DNA of 59,064 nt, filler included, from 3 parts of 3 records of this genome joined end to end with filler, not necessarily neighbours in it, one strand, 5' to 3'. Shown: positions 45,508 to 55,779, numbered from the whole stretch's first letter. Numbers and translations: made by a program. The notes: generated by a model not told the origin, from the sequence alone.

Positions 45508-46401
45508 ATGCAAAACTGGGATGACCTGCGGCTGTTTCTGGCTGTCGCGCGGGAACAAAGCCTGTCCGGTGCGGGCAAACAACTGCGGCTTGATCCGGCC
45601 ACGCTGGGGAGGCGGGTTGCGCGGCTGGAAAAGGATCTGCAAGCCGCGTTGTTTGTGAAATCCCCGCAGGGCTATGCGCTGACCGAAGCGGGCGGACAGT
45701 TGATGGAGCGGGCCGAGGCGGCAGAGCAAGCCATGCGCGTGGCCCGCGCCGGTGTGTCCGCGCCCAGCGACCGGTTGAGCGGACAAATTCGGATCGGTGC
45801 GCCCGACGGTTGTGCCAATTTCCTGCTGCCGCAGGTCTGCGCGGGGATCGTCGCCGAAAACCCCGGTCTGGATATTCAAATCGTGGCATTGCCTCGAGTG
45901 TTCAATCTGTCGCGCCGCGAGGCAGATATGGCCATCGGGGTCAGCGCCCCGACCGCCGGGCGGTTGGTTGTGCAAAAGATCACCGATTATCACCTGCATC
46001 TGGCGGCCTCCGCCCAGTATTTGCAGGCCCATCCCAAAATCACCGAACAGGCGGATCTGCAATCGCACCGTTTGGTGGGCTATATCCCCGATATGATCTT
46101 TGACCGCGAGCTGGACTACCTTGGCGATCTGGGCGAGGCGCGTGTGCCATTGGCGTCCAACTCCGTCTCCGTGCAGGTGCATATGATCCAGCAGGGCGGC
46201 GGCGTTGGGGTGGTGCATGATTTCTCGCTGCCCTTTGCGCCGGGGGTTCAGAAGATCCTGGAACAGGAGGTCAGCCTGACACGGTCCTTTTACCTGATCC
46301 GCCACGCGGATGATCAACGTAACCTGAGATTGAGCCGCTTTGCCGATCAGTTGATCACCGCCCTGCGCTCTGAGGTCGCAGCGCTTGAGGCAAAAGCTTG
46401 A
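45508..46401 (+). CDS. LysR family transcriptional regulator
   Basis: NWDDLRLFLAVAR..SLS.A HTH, LTEAG, LSRREAD; divergent from mmsA. Confidence 0.95.
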   Translation: MQNWDDLRLFLAVAREQSLSGAGKQLRLDPATLGRRVARLEKDLQAALFVKSPQGYALTEAGGQLMERAEAAEQAMRVARAGVSAPSDRLSGQIRIGAPDGCANFLLPQVCAGIVAENPGLDIQIVALPRVFNLSRREADMAIGVSAPTAGRLVVQKITDYHLHLAASAQYLQAHPKITEQADLQSHRLVGYIPDMIFDRELDYLGDLGEARVPLASNSVSVQVHMIQQGGGVGVVHDFSLPFAPGVQKILEQEVSLTRSFYLIRHADDQRNLRLSRFADQLITALRSEVAALEAKA

Positions 46402-46459
46402 CTCAATTGCCCAATCTGGTGACGCTGGGGGCAGGGATGAATTAATTGGAGGTCCTGCC

Positions 46460-46894
46460 ATGCTGGTGTCACAAATTCTCAAGACCAAACCTGACGATGC
46501 GGTGGTGACGTCCCCCCCAAGTTTATTGATCTCCGAAGCGGCCAAGATCCTGTCCGAAAAACGCATCGGTACATTGGTGATTTCCAAGGATGGCAAATCC
46601 CCTGATGGCATCTTGTCGGAACGTGACATCGTGCGCGAGCTGGGCAAATCCGGCAGTGGCTGCCTGACCCTGACCGTGGACAAATTGATGACCTCCAAGC
46701 TGGTCACCTGTTCGCGTGATGATCGCGCCGATGAGGTTCTGCAAAAGATGACCGAAGGGCGGTTCCGCCACATGCCGGTGCTTGAAGACGGCAATCTGGT
46801 TGGCTTGATCTCGCTTGGCGATGTGGTCAAGGCGCGGTTGATGGAACTGTCGATGGAAAAAGACGCCCTGCAAGGGATGATCATGGGGCATTAA
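46460..46894 (+). CDS. CBS-domain pair protein
   Basis: GILSERDIVR, M...RFRHMPV and GLISLGDVVK; GGAGG RBS before ATG 46460. Confidence 0.93.
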   Translation: MLVSQILKTKPDDAVVTSPPSLLISEAAKILSEKRIGTLVISKDGKSPDGILSERDIVRELGKSGSGCLTLTVDKLMTSKLVTCSRDDRADEVLQKMTEGRFRHMPVLEDGNLVGLISLGDVVKARLMELSMEKDALQGMIMGH

Positions 46895-46960
46895 GCCGCT
46901 TGCGCCTTTGGGCAAGCCATGTTTGCTTGCCCGCCAAAGATTCTAACTGAGGACCACCTC

Positions 46961-47461
46961 ATGCGCGTTGGCCTGTATCCCGGCACTTTCGATCCCATCA
47001 CATTGGGCCATATTGATATTATTCGCCGCGCGACGACGTTGGTGGACAAGCTGGTGATCGGGGTTGCGATCAACCGCGACAAGGGGCCGCTGTTCAGTCT
47101 GGAAAAGCGGGTCGAGATGATCGAGGCCGAATGCGCAGAGCTGAGCCGCCAAACCGGGGTTGAGATTGTCGCCCATCCGTTTGAGAACCTGCTGATTGAT
47201 TGCGCCCGCGATGTGGGCGCCCAGATGATCGTGCGCGGCCTGCGGGCGGTGGCGGATTTTGAGTATGAATATCAGATGGTTGGCATGAACCGCCAGCTTG
47301 ATAACTCCATCGAGACGGTGTTCCTGATGGCCGAGGCGCAGCATCAGGCGATCGCCAGCAAGCTGGTCAAAGAGATCGCCCGCCTTGACGGCGACGTCAG
47401 CAAATTTGTTACGCCGAGCGTGAACAAAGACCTGCTGGAAAAGTTCCCGCGAGAGGGTTAA
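46961..47461 (+). CDS. coaD: Phosphopantetheine adenylyltransferase
   Basis: YPGTFDPITLGH and RGLRAVADFEYE. Confidence 0.98.
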   Translation: MRVGLYPGTFDPITLGHIDIIRRATTLVDKLVIGVAINRDKGPLFSLEKRVEMIEAECAELSRQTGVEIVAHPFENLLIDCARDVGAQMIVRGLRAVADFEYEYQMVGMNRQLDNSIETVFLMAEAQHQAIASKLVKEIARLDGDVSKFVTPSVNKDLLEKFPREG

Positions 47462-47506
47462 CCGCCCCGGTACAGGGGGGCGGCGCGGCACCTTTGGAGG
47501 CTGGGC

Positions 47507-48508
47507 CTACAGATAGCCCGCCATCACACTGGCGGTGTCCAGCATCCGGTTCGAGAACGCCCATTCATTGTCATACCACGCCAGCACGCGCAGCAGATTG
47601 CCCTGCTGCACAGAAGTCTGATCGCTGGCAAAGATCGTGCTGCGCGGATCGTGGTTGAAATCAATCGACACCAATTTGCGGTCAGTGACGCCCATCACAC
47701 CCGCCAATGGCCCATCTGCGGCGGCCTGCATCGCGGCGTTCACCTCTTCGGCGGTCACATCGGTGTTCAGTTCCACCACCAGATCCACGCAAGACACATT
47801 CGGCGTCGGCACGCGGATTGCCGTGCCGGTGATCAACCCGTCCAGATGCGGCAGAACCACACCCAATGTCTCGGCCGCGCCAGTGGTGGTCGGGATCATC
47901 GACAGCGCCGCGGCGCGTGCACGGTACAGGTCTTTGTGGTCGCGGTCATGCACCGGCTGGGTGCCGGTATAGCTGTGCACGGTGGTCATATGGCCGCGCT
48001 GAATGCCAAAGGCCTCATGCAGGGCATGGGCCAGGGGTGCCAGACAATTGGTGGTGCAGGAGGCATTGCTGATCACCGCCTCAGTGCCGTCGATAAGCCC
48101 GTGATTCACCCCGTAAACAATTGTTTTTATGTCACCTTTGCCGGGGGCAGAGATCAACACCCGCTTTGATCCGTTCCTCAGATGCAGCCCGGCCTTTTCC
48201 GGTGTGCGGAAATGTCCGGTGCATTCCAGCACAATATCCACATCCCCCCAGGGCAGCTGATCCGGCGCCCGTTCCGCCGTGACCCGGATCGGCCCGCGCC
48301 CCACATCCAGCGTGTTCTCGCCAAGGGTGACGGGGCGGCCATAGCGGCCATGCACGGAATCAAATTCAAACAGATGCGCGTTGGTTTCCAGCGGGGCCAG
48401 ATCATTGATCGCCACCACCTCAAACATATCATCGCCGCGGTCCATGATCGCCCGCAGCACATTGCGCCCGATGCGGCCAAAGCCGTTGATCGCCAGTTTC
48501 ACAGTCAT
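47507..48508 (-). CDS. gap: Type I glyceraldehyde-3-phosphate dehydrogenase paralog (INDL type)
   Basis: [25 protein letters not shown] and WYDNEWAFS. Confidence 0.95.
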   Translation of the reverse strand: MTVKLAINGFGRIGRNVLRAIMDRGDDMFEVVAINDLAPLETNAHLFEFDSVHGRYGRPVTLGENTLDVGRGPIRVTAERAPDQLPWGDVDIVLECTGHFRTPEKAGLHLRNGSKRVLISAPGKGDIKTIVYGVNHGLIDGTEAVISNASCTTNCLAPLAHALHEAFGIQRGHMTTVHSYTGTQPVHDRDHKDLYRARAAALSMIPTTTGAAETLGVVLPHLDGLITGTAIRVPTPNVSCVDLVVELNTDVTAEEVNAAMQAAADGPLAGVMGVTDRKLVSIDFNHDPRSTIFASDQTSVQQGNLLRVLAWYDNEWAFSNRMLDTASVMAGYL

Positions 48509-48632
48509 GGCATCACCTTTTGATCAAATTATCTGTGCTGAAAATGCGCTCTTGCGGCGCAGTGTCAACGCCTTGAGAGGGAATAAAAAGTACCGATACA
48601 ATGTTCTGCGATGCAGCAATCGCCGGAGGGCG

Positions 48633-48776
48633 TCAGCGCCAGAAGGCGATCCACTCAATCAGTTCTGTGAATTTTTTGGCAAGGAAAACAACATGCTCAG
48701 TGCCAAACAGGATCATATCAATCACCAAAGCGGCGATCAGCAATGACCCCAGAATGATGGCAAGGCGGTTTGTCAC
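48633..48776 (-). CDS. 47-aa small membrane protein (below the ORF-track cutoff)
   Basis: Hand translation from GTG: MTNRLAIILGSLLIAALVIDMILFGTEHVVFLAKKFTELIEWIAFWR; co-oriented between the two gap genes. Confidence 0.75.
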   Translation of the reverse strand: MTNRLAIILGSLLIAALVIDMILFGTEHVVFLAKKFTELIEWIAFWR

Positions 48777-48836
48777 GTCGTATTCGTCCAAATGATGCGC
48801 CCCCGATATGACAGGGGCACATCATGGATGCAAGGA

Positions 48837-49838
48837 TCAGCCCAACTGGCCCATCGCAACTGCCACATCGGCCATGCGCACCGAAAATGCCCATTCGTTG
48901 TCATACCAGCCCAACACCCGCACGGTGCGGTCGGCCACAACAATGGTCTGATCGGGCGCAAAGATGCAGGATTCTTCGGTGTGGTTGAAGTCGATGCTGA
49001 CTTTCTGTTCCGGGTCATAGCCCAGCACACCTTTCATATGCCCCTCTGCAGCGGCCTTGGCGGCGGCGTTGACCTCTTCGACGGTCACATCGCGCGAGGC
49101 GGTGAAGGTCAGATCAACCGCGCTGACGTTTGGCGTGGGCACGCGCATCGCGGTGCCGTCCAGCTTGCCCTTGAGGGCAGGCAGAACTTCACCCAGCGCT
49201 TTGGCGGCACCGGTGGAGGTGGGGATCAGCGCCATCGCCGCGGCGCGCGCGCGGTAAAGGTCGGAATGGCGCCGGTCCAGCGTCGGCTGATCGCCGGTGT
49301 AGCTGTGGATCGTGGTCATCAGCCCGCTTTCGATGCCGATCGCCTCATGCATCACTTTGGCAAGCGGGGCGAGGCAATTGGTGGTGCAGGACCCGTTGGA
49401 AATCATCCGGTCCGAGGCTTGCAGCGTGTCGTGATTGACGCCGTAAACCACTGTGCGGTCTACGTTTTTGCCCGGCGCGGACAACAAAACCCGCTTGGCA
49501 CCCTGTTCCAGATGCACACCGGCCTTGTTGCCGTCGTTGAACTTGCCGGTGCATTCCAGAACCACGTCACAGCCGGACCAGTCGAGTTCTTCGAGGTTAT
49601 AGGTCGACATCACTTCGATGTCGTTGCGGCCCAGATTGATGTAACCGTCATCCACCGTGATCTCGCCCGGAAAACGGCCATGAACGGAATCATACTTGAT
49701 CAGATGCGCCGCCGTGGACAGCGGCCCGGTGGCGTTGATCTTGACCACTTCGATATCTTCACGCGCAGAGGCGGAGATATGGCTTAGCGTGCAACGGCCA
49801 ATCCGGCCAAATCCGTTAATACCAACTTTGATGGTCAT
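48837..49838 (-). CDS. gap: Type I glyceraldehyde-3-phosphate dehydrogenase paralog (INAT type)
   Basis: [28 protein letters not shown] and WYDNEWAFS. Confidence 0.95.
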   Translation of the reverse strand: MTIKVGINGFGRIGRCTLSHISASAREDIEVVKINATGPLSTAAHLIKYDSVHGRFPGEITVDDGYINLGRNDIEVMSTYNLEELDWSGCDVVLECTGKFNDGNKAGVHLEQGAKRVLLSAPGKNVDRTVVYGVNHDTLQASDRMISNGSCTTNCLAPLAKVMHEAIGIESGLMTTIHSYTGDQPTLDRRHSDLYRARAAAMALIPTSTGAAKALGEVLPALKGKLDGTAMRVPTPNVSAVDLTFTASRDVTVEEVNAAAKAAAEGHMKGVLGYDPEQKVSIDFNHTEESCIFAPDQTIVVADRTVRVLGWYDNEWAFSVRMADVAVAMGQLG

Positions 49839-49924
49839 GGCGGCAATCCTTTATGGGGGCTTTGGGCGCTCTATATCTGGGGCTTGCCCAAAGGTTAAAG
49901 GGGCAATTCGGCCTGATAAGGGAC

Positions 49925-49957
49925 TGTTAGCGATAAACTTTTGTGTTAGCGATAACC
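49925..49957. promoter_or_regulatory. Two LacI-family (CceR-like) operator sites upstream of gap
   Basis: TGTTAGCGATAA twice, 19 bp apart; the second copy is a GTT-N6-AAC palindrome. Confidence 0.65.
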
Positions 49958-50019
49958 CAGAGGTTTTGCCAGGGGCGGTTTCCGCGCTAGCTTGGGCAGG
50001 TAACAAGAAGGATGGGGTT

Positions 50020-50994
50020 ATGAGTGGTCTGATTGCATTGCTGGACGATGTGGCAGCGATTGCCAAAGTGGCGGCATCGTCGGTGGATGATGTGATCGGG
50101 CAAGCGGCCAAGGCCGGGTCCAAGGCCGCAGGCGCAGTGATTGATGATGCGGCAGTGACGCCCAAATATGTGCAGGGGTTCGAGGCCAGCCGCGAACTGC
50201 CGGTGATCTGGCGGATCACCAAGGGATCGTTACGCAACAAGCTGTTGTTTCTGCTGCCCGTTGGCCTTGCCCTGTCAAACTTTGCCCCATGGGCCATTCC
50301 ACCGCTCTTGATGCTGGGCGGGGCCTACCTGTGTTTTGAGGGGGCGGAAAAGGTCGCTCATGCGCTGGGGCTCAGCCACGGGCACGAAGATTTCCCCGGC
50401 CATGACGTTATCCCAGATGATCCCGCCCATCTGGAAGAGCAGAAAGCCGCCGGGGCAATCAAGACCGATTTCATCCTTTCGGCTGAGATCATGACCATCG
50501 CCTTGGCCGCCATCCCGCCCAGCAATTTCTGGATGGAGGCCGCGACGCTGGCGGCGGTGGCCGTAATGATCACGGTTGCGGTCTATGGCTCGGTTGCGGT
50601 GATCGTCAAAATGGACGATCTGGGCCTTTGGATGGCCAACAAGGGGCGGCTGGGGCTGACCCGCACCATCGGGCGCGGGTTGGTCAAAGGGATGCCCAGC
50701 TTTTTGAAAACGCTCACAATTGTAGGCACCGCCGCGATGCTTTGGGTGGGCGGATCCATCATCATCCACGGGCTTGAAGAGCTGGGCTTTGGCACGTTAG
50801 GCCACTGGGTGCATGACGCGGCCTATGCCATTGGGCACAGCATGCATGACCGGTTTGTCGGGATCGTTGAATGGGCATCAAAGGCCGTGATGGACGGGGT
50901 GTTTGGTCTGGCGCTGGGGCTGATCCTGATCCCCATCGGGGAAAAGGTGATTACACCGCTTTGGCGTGGGATTTTTCACCGCCGCGCGGCGTAA
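50020..50994 (+). CDS. DUF808 (YedI-like) inner membrane protein
   Basis: GLIALLDDVA, IDDAAVTP.YV, RELPVIW, GAIKTDFILSAEIM and VGTAAMLWVGG. Confidence 0.93.
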   Translation: MSGLIALLDDVAAIAKVAASSVDDVIGQAAKAGSKAAGAVIDDAAVTPKYVQGFEASRELPVIWRITKGSLRNKLLFLLPVGLALSNFAPWAIPPLLMLGGAYLCFEGAEKVAHALGLSHGHEDFPGHDVIPDDPAHLEEQKAAGAIKTDFILSAEIMTIALAAIPPSNFWMEAATLAAVAVMITVAVYGSVAVIVKMDDLGLWMANKGRLGLTRTIGRGLVKGMPSFLKTLTIVGTAAMLWVGGSIIIHGLEELGFGTLGHWVHDAAYAIGHSMHDRFVGIVEWASKAVMDGVFGLALGLILIPIGEKVITPLWRGIFHRRAA

Positions 50995-51166
50995 CCGCCC
51001 GGCGCTGGCTGCGCAGATAGGCCAGACAAATCACGGATATCATCACCAGTTGGCCGACCAGAACGGCCAACCCAAACGCGCCCGCCGCAGAGCCGCCATT
51101 GGCCAGATGATAGAGACCGAACGCAAGGCCAGACATCATTGCAATCAAGAGATAAGCAATCGCCAC
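50951..51166 (-). CDS. Small two-TM hypothetical protein
   Basis: GTG after a GAAAGGA RBS; two hydrophobic helices; 3' end overlaps the convergent DUF808 gene. Confidence 0.5.
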   Translation of the reverse strand: MAIAYLLIAMMSGLAFGLYHLANGGSAAGAFGLAVLVGQLVMISVICLAYLRSQRRAVTPRGGEKSHAKAV

Positions 51167-51335
51167 AGTTGTCCTTTCCCATCCGTTTTGCAGCCAGAAT
51201 AAACCGATCCAGAATAACAACTCGTTAACTCTTACTGCCACAACCCTAAGTTACACAGCGCACATTGCAACAGATTTGTGCCGCTTTGAAAAATTGCGCA
51301 GTTTCCTGCTGTCAAAACAGTGGAGATAGGCAAGA

Positions 51336-51369
51336 AAAACCCCGCCTGATACCAATCAGACGGGGTTTT
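51336..51369 (-). terminator. Terminator downstream of tkt
   Basis: AAAACCCCGCCTGAT-ACCA-ATCAGACGGGGTTTT. Confidence 0.8.
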
Positions 51370-51393
51370 GATTTTACGTTTGTGTCTGGTGGC

Positions 51394-53409
51394 TTACAGC
51401 AGCGCCTTGGCCTTTTCGGCAACATTGGCAGCCGTGATGCCGAACTTTTCAAACAGCTCTTCTGCCGGGGCGGAGGCGCCAAAACGATCCATGCCCACAA
51501 AATCGGCCTTACCGAACTTGCCGCGCTCGCCCAGCAGCCACTGATCCCAGCCCTGACGGACACCGGCCTCAACGCCGACACGTACCGCGCCGCCGGGCAG
51601 AACCCGCTTGCGATAGGCTTCGTCCTGCTCTGCGAACAGCTCCATGCAGGGCATGGACACAACCCGCACGCCAATGCCTTCGGCTTGGAGCAGGTCACGC
51701 GCTGCCAAGGCGACCGACACTTCGGAACCGGATGCGATCAGGATCACCTGACGTTTGCCTTCGGCATCGGCCAGAACATAGGCCCCTTTGGAGGACAGGT
51801 TGTTGTTCTTATGCTCGGTCCGCACGGTCGGCAGCCCCTGACGGGTCAGGGACAGAACCGATGGCGTTTCTTTGGATGTCAGCGCGATTTCCCATGCCTC
51901 TGCGGTTTCCACGGTGTCCGCGGGGCGGAACACATAGGTGTTGGGTGTCGCGCGGCTGATCGCGAGATGTTCAACCGGCTGGTGCGTCGGGCCATCCTCG
52001 CCCAGACCAATGCTGTCATGGGTCATCACAAACACTGTTGGCACTTTCATCAAGGCCGCAAGACGCATGGAAGGGCGCGCATAATCGGTAAAGCACATGA
52101 ATGTACCGCCATAGGGACGCACACCGCCGTGCAGCGCCATGCCGTTCATCGCGGCGGCCATGCCATGCTCGCGAATACCCCAGTAGACATAACGCCCACC
52201 GCGGTTGTCCACGTCAAACACACCCAGATCGGCGGTTTTGGTGTTGTTGGAGCCGGTCAGATCAGCCGAGCCGCCAACCGTTTCAGGCAGGATCGGGTTC
52301 AGCACCTCCAGAACCTTTTCCGAAGAGGCGCGGGTGGCCAGTTTGGGCGCGGCTTCTGACATCTGCTTTTTGAACGCCTTAACCGTCGCGCTCAGCTTTT
52401 TGGGCGCGTCGAAGGCCAGTGCACGGGTGAAATTCTCGCGCTTGGCACGGGGCAGGGCCTCAAAACGGGCCTCCCATGCGGCGCGGTCTTCTGCGCCGCG
52501 CTTGCCGATCTCTTCCCACGCGGATTTCACATCGGCAGGCACTTCGAACGGGCCGGTTGTCCAGCCGTATGCCTCTTTCGCGGCAGCCATCTGTGCGGGA
52601 TCGGTCAATGCGCCGTGACCCTTGGAGGTGTCCTGCGCCGCGTGGCCAAGGGCGATGTGGGTTTTGCAGGCGATCATGCTGGGCAGATCGGATTTGCGGG
52701 CTTCGGTCAGCGCCGCGTCAATCTCATCGGGGTTGTGCCCGTCGATCTCAATCGTGTGCCAACCTGCGGCCTTGAAACGCGCAACCTGATCGGTGCTGTC
52801 AGACAGAGTTACCGGACCGTCAATGGTGATGTTGTTGTTGTCCCACATCACGATCAGCTTGCTCAGCTTGTGACGGCCCGCAAGGGTGATCGCCTCCTGG
52901 CTCACACCTTCCATCAGGCAGCCGTCACCGGCGATGACATAGGTGAAGTGATCCACAACCTTTTTGCCATAGCGGGCGCGTTGGATTTCTTCAGCCATGG
53001 CAAAGCCGACGGAGTTGGCGATGCCCTGACCCAGCGGGCCAGTGGTGGTTTCAATCGCATCCGCGAGGAAGTTTTCCGGGTGGCCGGCGGTGCGGGCGCC
53101 CATCTGGCGGAAGTTCTTGATCTCTTCGATCGGGAACTGCACGTCGCCGACAAGATGCAACAGCGCATAAATCAGCATGGAGCCGTGACCCGCAGACAGG
53201 ATGAACCGGTCGCGGTCGGGCCATGTGGGGGTGGCCGCATCAAACTTCAGGTGCTTTTCGAACAAGACGGTAGCGACATCGGCCATGCCCATGGGCATGC
53301 CGGAATGGCCGGAGTTTGCTTCGGCCACAGCATCCAGCGTCAGGGCGCGAATGGCGGTGGCTTTTGACCAATGGTCAGGGTTGGCGGTGCGCAGGGCGTT
53401 GAGATCCAA
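51394..53409 (-). CDS. tkt: Transketolase
   Basis: [39 protein letters not shown] and GEDGPTHQP. Confidence 0.99.
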   Translation of the reverse strand: MDLNALRTANPDHWSKATAIRALTLDAVAEANSGHSGMPMGMADVATVLFEKHLKFDAATPTWPDRDRFILSAGHGSMLIYALLHLVGDVQFPIEEIKNFRQMGARTAGHPENFLADAIETTTGPLGQGIANSVGFAMAEEIQRARYGKKVVDHFTYVIAGDGCLMEGVSQEAITLAGRHKLSKLIVMWDNNNITIDGPVTLSDSTDQVARFKAAGWHTIEIDGHNPDEIDAALTEARKSDLPSMIACKTHIALGHAAQDTSKGHGALTDPAQMAAAKEAYGWTTGPFEVPADVKSAWEEIGKRGAEDRAAWEARFEALPRAKRENFTRALAFDAPKKLSATVKAFKKQMSEAAPKLATRASSEKVLEVLNPILPETVGGSADLTGSNNTKTADLGVFDVDNRGGRYVYWGIREHGMAAAMNGMALHGGVRPYGGTFMCFTDYARPSMRLAALMKVPTVFVMTHDSIGLGEDGPTHQPVEHLAISRATPNTYVFRPADTVETAEAWEIALTSKETPSVLSLTRQGLPTVRTEHKNNNLSSKGAYVLADAEGKRQVILIASGSEVSVALAARDLLQAEGIGVRVVSMPCMELFAEQDEAYRKRVLPGGAVRVGVEAGVRQGWDQWLLGERGKFGKADFVGMDRFGASAPAEELFEKFGITAANVAEKAKALL

Positions 53410-53680
53410 AACGGGGCTTCCTTATCAGGCAATGGACGTGTTGCGCCCGTGCATACCAGCGATGGGGCAAAGTTCAAGCCAAAGCCAAGCGCATTGGCGC
53501 GTTCGGCGCGCAAGGTGGTTGAACTTCGCCGTTCAAGCTGCTGATCTGAAAGGGGGGCGCAATTGCCCGGCAGTTTGGGTAGGATCAAGAAAATATGTCT
53601 CACCGGGCGATTCGCGCGTGGATCGGCGGCCAATTGCGGGCCTGCCCCGGTGAAAGCAGATGAGGGGATGATAAACGGCT

Positions 53681-54178
53681 ATGAGCAATATTGAGGAACT
53701 ACAGCGCCGGATTGCCACAGCGATGGACCGCGTTGCACAGGGTGTCGAACAAATGGGCAATGCCGCACCGGCGCCTGATCCCGAGACCGCCCAGGCGCTT
53801 GAGGATGAACGCACGGCCAATGCCCAGCTGAGCGAACGCATCCGCACGCTCAAAACCAAATCCGAAACCGAAGCCGCCGCCCTGCACAGTCAGGTTGAGG
53901 AAAGCCGCTCACGCATTGCGTTGCTTGATATCGAATTGCAGCGGCTACGCCGCGCCAATCAGGAGCTGACCAACGCCTGTGCGGCCCTGCGGGCGGCCAA
54001 TTTCGAAGGGGTGGGCGATGCCCATCTGATCAACAAGGCAATGCTGGCAGAGCTTGAGGCGCTGCGGGCGGCCCGTGCGGCGGATGTCGCGGAATCCTCT
54101 GCCATTCTTGCGGCGCTGACCCCGCTGGTGAACGGGGCGGCGGATGGCACAAACAACGAGGAGAACGCCGATGCCTGA
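53681..54178 (+). CDS. Coiled-coil protein upstream of zapA
   Basis: Heptad-rich helical sequence, LEDER.ANAQL.ER; overlaps the zapA start. Confidence 0.75.
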   Translation: MSNIEELQRRIATAMDRVAQGVEQMGNAAPAPDPETAQALEDERTANAQLSERIRTLKTKSETEAAALHSQVEESRSRIALLDIELQRLRRANQELTNACAALRAANFEGVGDAHLINKAMLAELEALRAARAADVAESSAILAALTPLVNGAADGTNNEENADA

Positions 54179-54572
54179 GGTTCGGATCACAATCGGTGGA
54201 CGGCAATTCGAAGTGGCCTGTCAGGAGGGCGAGGAAAGCTATCTGCATTCCGCCGCCAAGATGCTGGACGACGAGGCGCAAGTCCTGAGCGATCAGGTTG
54301 GCCGGATGCCTGAGGCACGGATGCTGTTGATGGCCGGTCTGATGCTGGCCGACAAGACCGCATCGGTCGAGGATCGCATCGCCGAGGTCCGCGCCGAGCT
54401 GGCCGAGCGCGAGGCCGAATTGGCCGGGCTGCGCAACGCCACGGTTGAACCGGAACGCATCGAGGTGCCAGTGGTGCCGCAGCAGGTGACCGAAACGCTG
54501 GCCGATCTGGCCGCACAGGCCGAGGCACTGGCCGCGTCTGTGGAAGAAAAAGCAACCGCTTCAAAAGGTTAA
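54171..54572 (+). CDS. zapA: Cell division protein ZapA
   Basis: MPEV.I.IGGR.FEVACQ.GEE..L and R.LLMAGLMLAD; GAGGAG RBS. Confidence 0.92.
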   Translation: MPEVRITIGGRQFEVACQEGEESYLHSAAKMLDDEAQVLSDQVGRMPEARMLLMAGLMLADKTASVEDRIAEVRAELAEREAELAGLRNATVEPERIEVPVVPQQVTETLADLAAQAEALAASVEEKATASKG

Positions 54573-55291
54573 AGCGGTGGCGTCACCGCCTTTGGCAAAT
54601 CAACGATCAAAGGCGGACGCGCCGATTTTTGCGGAAAGCTGACCGCCAGCTTGCGGGCGATATCCTGGCTGAGCAGGACGGTCACTGCATTCTCGATGTT
54701 TTGCGATCTTTGCATCAAATCGCGCAGGTCCGTTACCTCCCATGCGACATAGCTGCACCCCGCTTCTGCGATGACGGTGGCCGTGGCCGGACCGCCCAGC
54801 AGGAACGAGATTTCACCCAGCAGGTTGTCTGGCCCCAGCTCGGTTTTCAGATCATCGCGGATCAGGCTGAAGCCATAAGAAGTCGTGAGATATAAATGGG
54901 TTGGCTGGACACCTTGATGCAAAAGTTCGGTGCTTTGATCCACCGTCACGAACTGCGCCTTGCGCATCAACCTGCGGAACTGACCGGGATTGAAATTGGG
55001 AAAGCTGCGATAGAGCGTTAACATCTCTTCGCTCATGCCCAAGGTGGACCGTTCTTTGAAAATCCGAACAATCACCGGCACATTGGACAGCGCAATCAGA
55101 CTGCTGGCCACAATCGCCTCCCACAGGGGCCGGTCGCCGATATTGTAGTAATACAGGATGTAGAACAGGCTGCCGGACATCAGAAATGTCCTGAGGATCA
55201 ATTCGTTACGGGTCAACAGCCCCAGAACATAGCACAGCGTGGCAAGGTGAACAAAACTCGCCGGAGAGGCGAGATAGGCAAAAATATCCAA
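54569..55291 (-). CDS. Membrane protein with a cyclic-nucleotide-binding (Popeye-like) domain
   Basis: About three N-terminal TM helices, Y..F..F.P..FRRL linker, LGEISF beta-roll and C-terminal DIARKL; no CRP HTH. Confidence 0.75.
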   Translation of the reverse strand: MDIFAYLASPASFVHLATLCYVLGLLTRNELILRTFLMSGSLFYILYYYNIGDRPLWEAIVASSLIALSNVPVIVRIFKERSTLGMSEEMLTLYRSFPNFNPGQFRRLMRKAQFVTVDQSTELLHQGVQPTHLYLTTSYGFSLIRDDLKTELGPDNLLGEISFLLGGPATATVIAEAGCSYVAWEVTDLRDLMQRSQNIENAVTVLLSQDIARKLAVSFPQKSARPPLIVDLPKAVTPPL

Positions 55292-55412
55292 AGCGAAAAA
55301 CCAATCTTGAAATCTCGCCGGAGACTACATTCGCCGCCGCAAAACGCAAGAGATTGCTCAGATCGGACAGGATAGGGCGGGGCGGTCTGTCGCGGAGCGC
55401 CCCGCCATAGGA

Positions 55413-55775
55413 TCAACCGTTCGCTTCGCGAATTTTGTCGGCCGCGTCTTTGTCGTAGGTCACGCCATTGTCGTCAAACAACGTGTCCAGCTCGCCCGAA
55501 AGGGTCATCTCGGTGATGATGTCACAGCCGCCCACAAACTCGCCCTTGACGTAAAGCTGCGGGATGGTCGGCCAATCAGAGAAATCCTTGATCCCCTGAC
55601 GCAGGCCTTCATCGGCCAACACATTCACGTCGGAATAATTGACGCCCATGTAGTTCAGCACGCCAGCCACCCGCGAGGAAAATCCGCACTGCGGCATTTC
55701 CTTGGTGCCTTTCATGAACAGCACAACATCGTTGGCGGTGATTGTGTCTTTGATCTGTGTTGCAGCTTCGCTCAT
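55413..55775 (-). CDS. grxD: Monothiol glutaredoxin Grx4
   Basis: FMKGT..MPQCGFS and [18 protein letters not shown]. Confidence 0.97.
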   Translation of the reverse strand: MSEAATQIKDTITANDVVLFMKGTKEMPQCGFSSRVAGVLNYMGVNYSDVNVLADEGLRQGIKDFSDWPTIPQLYVKGEFVGGCDIITEMTLSGELDTLFDDNGVTYDKDAADKIREANG

Positions 55776-55779
55776 CAGA

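Noticed and set aside
54572-54620. 6S RNA, often found downstream of zapA
   Set aside because: The zapA stop overlaps the convergent cNMP-domain gene, leaving no room
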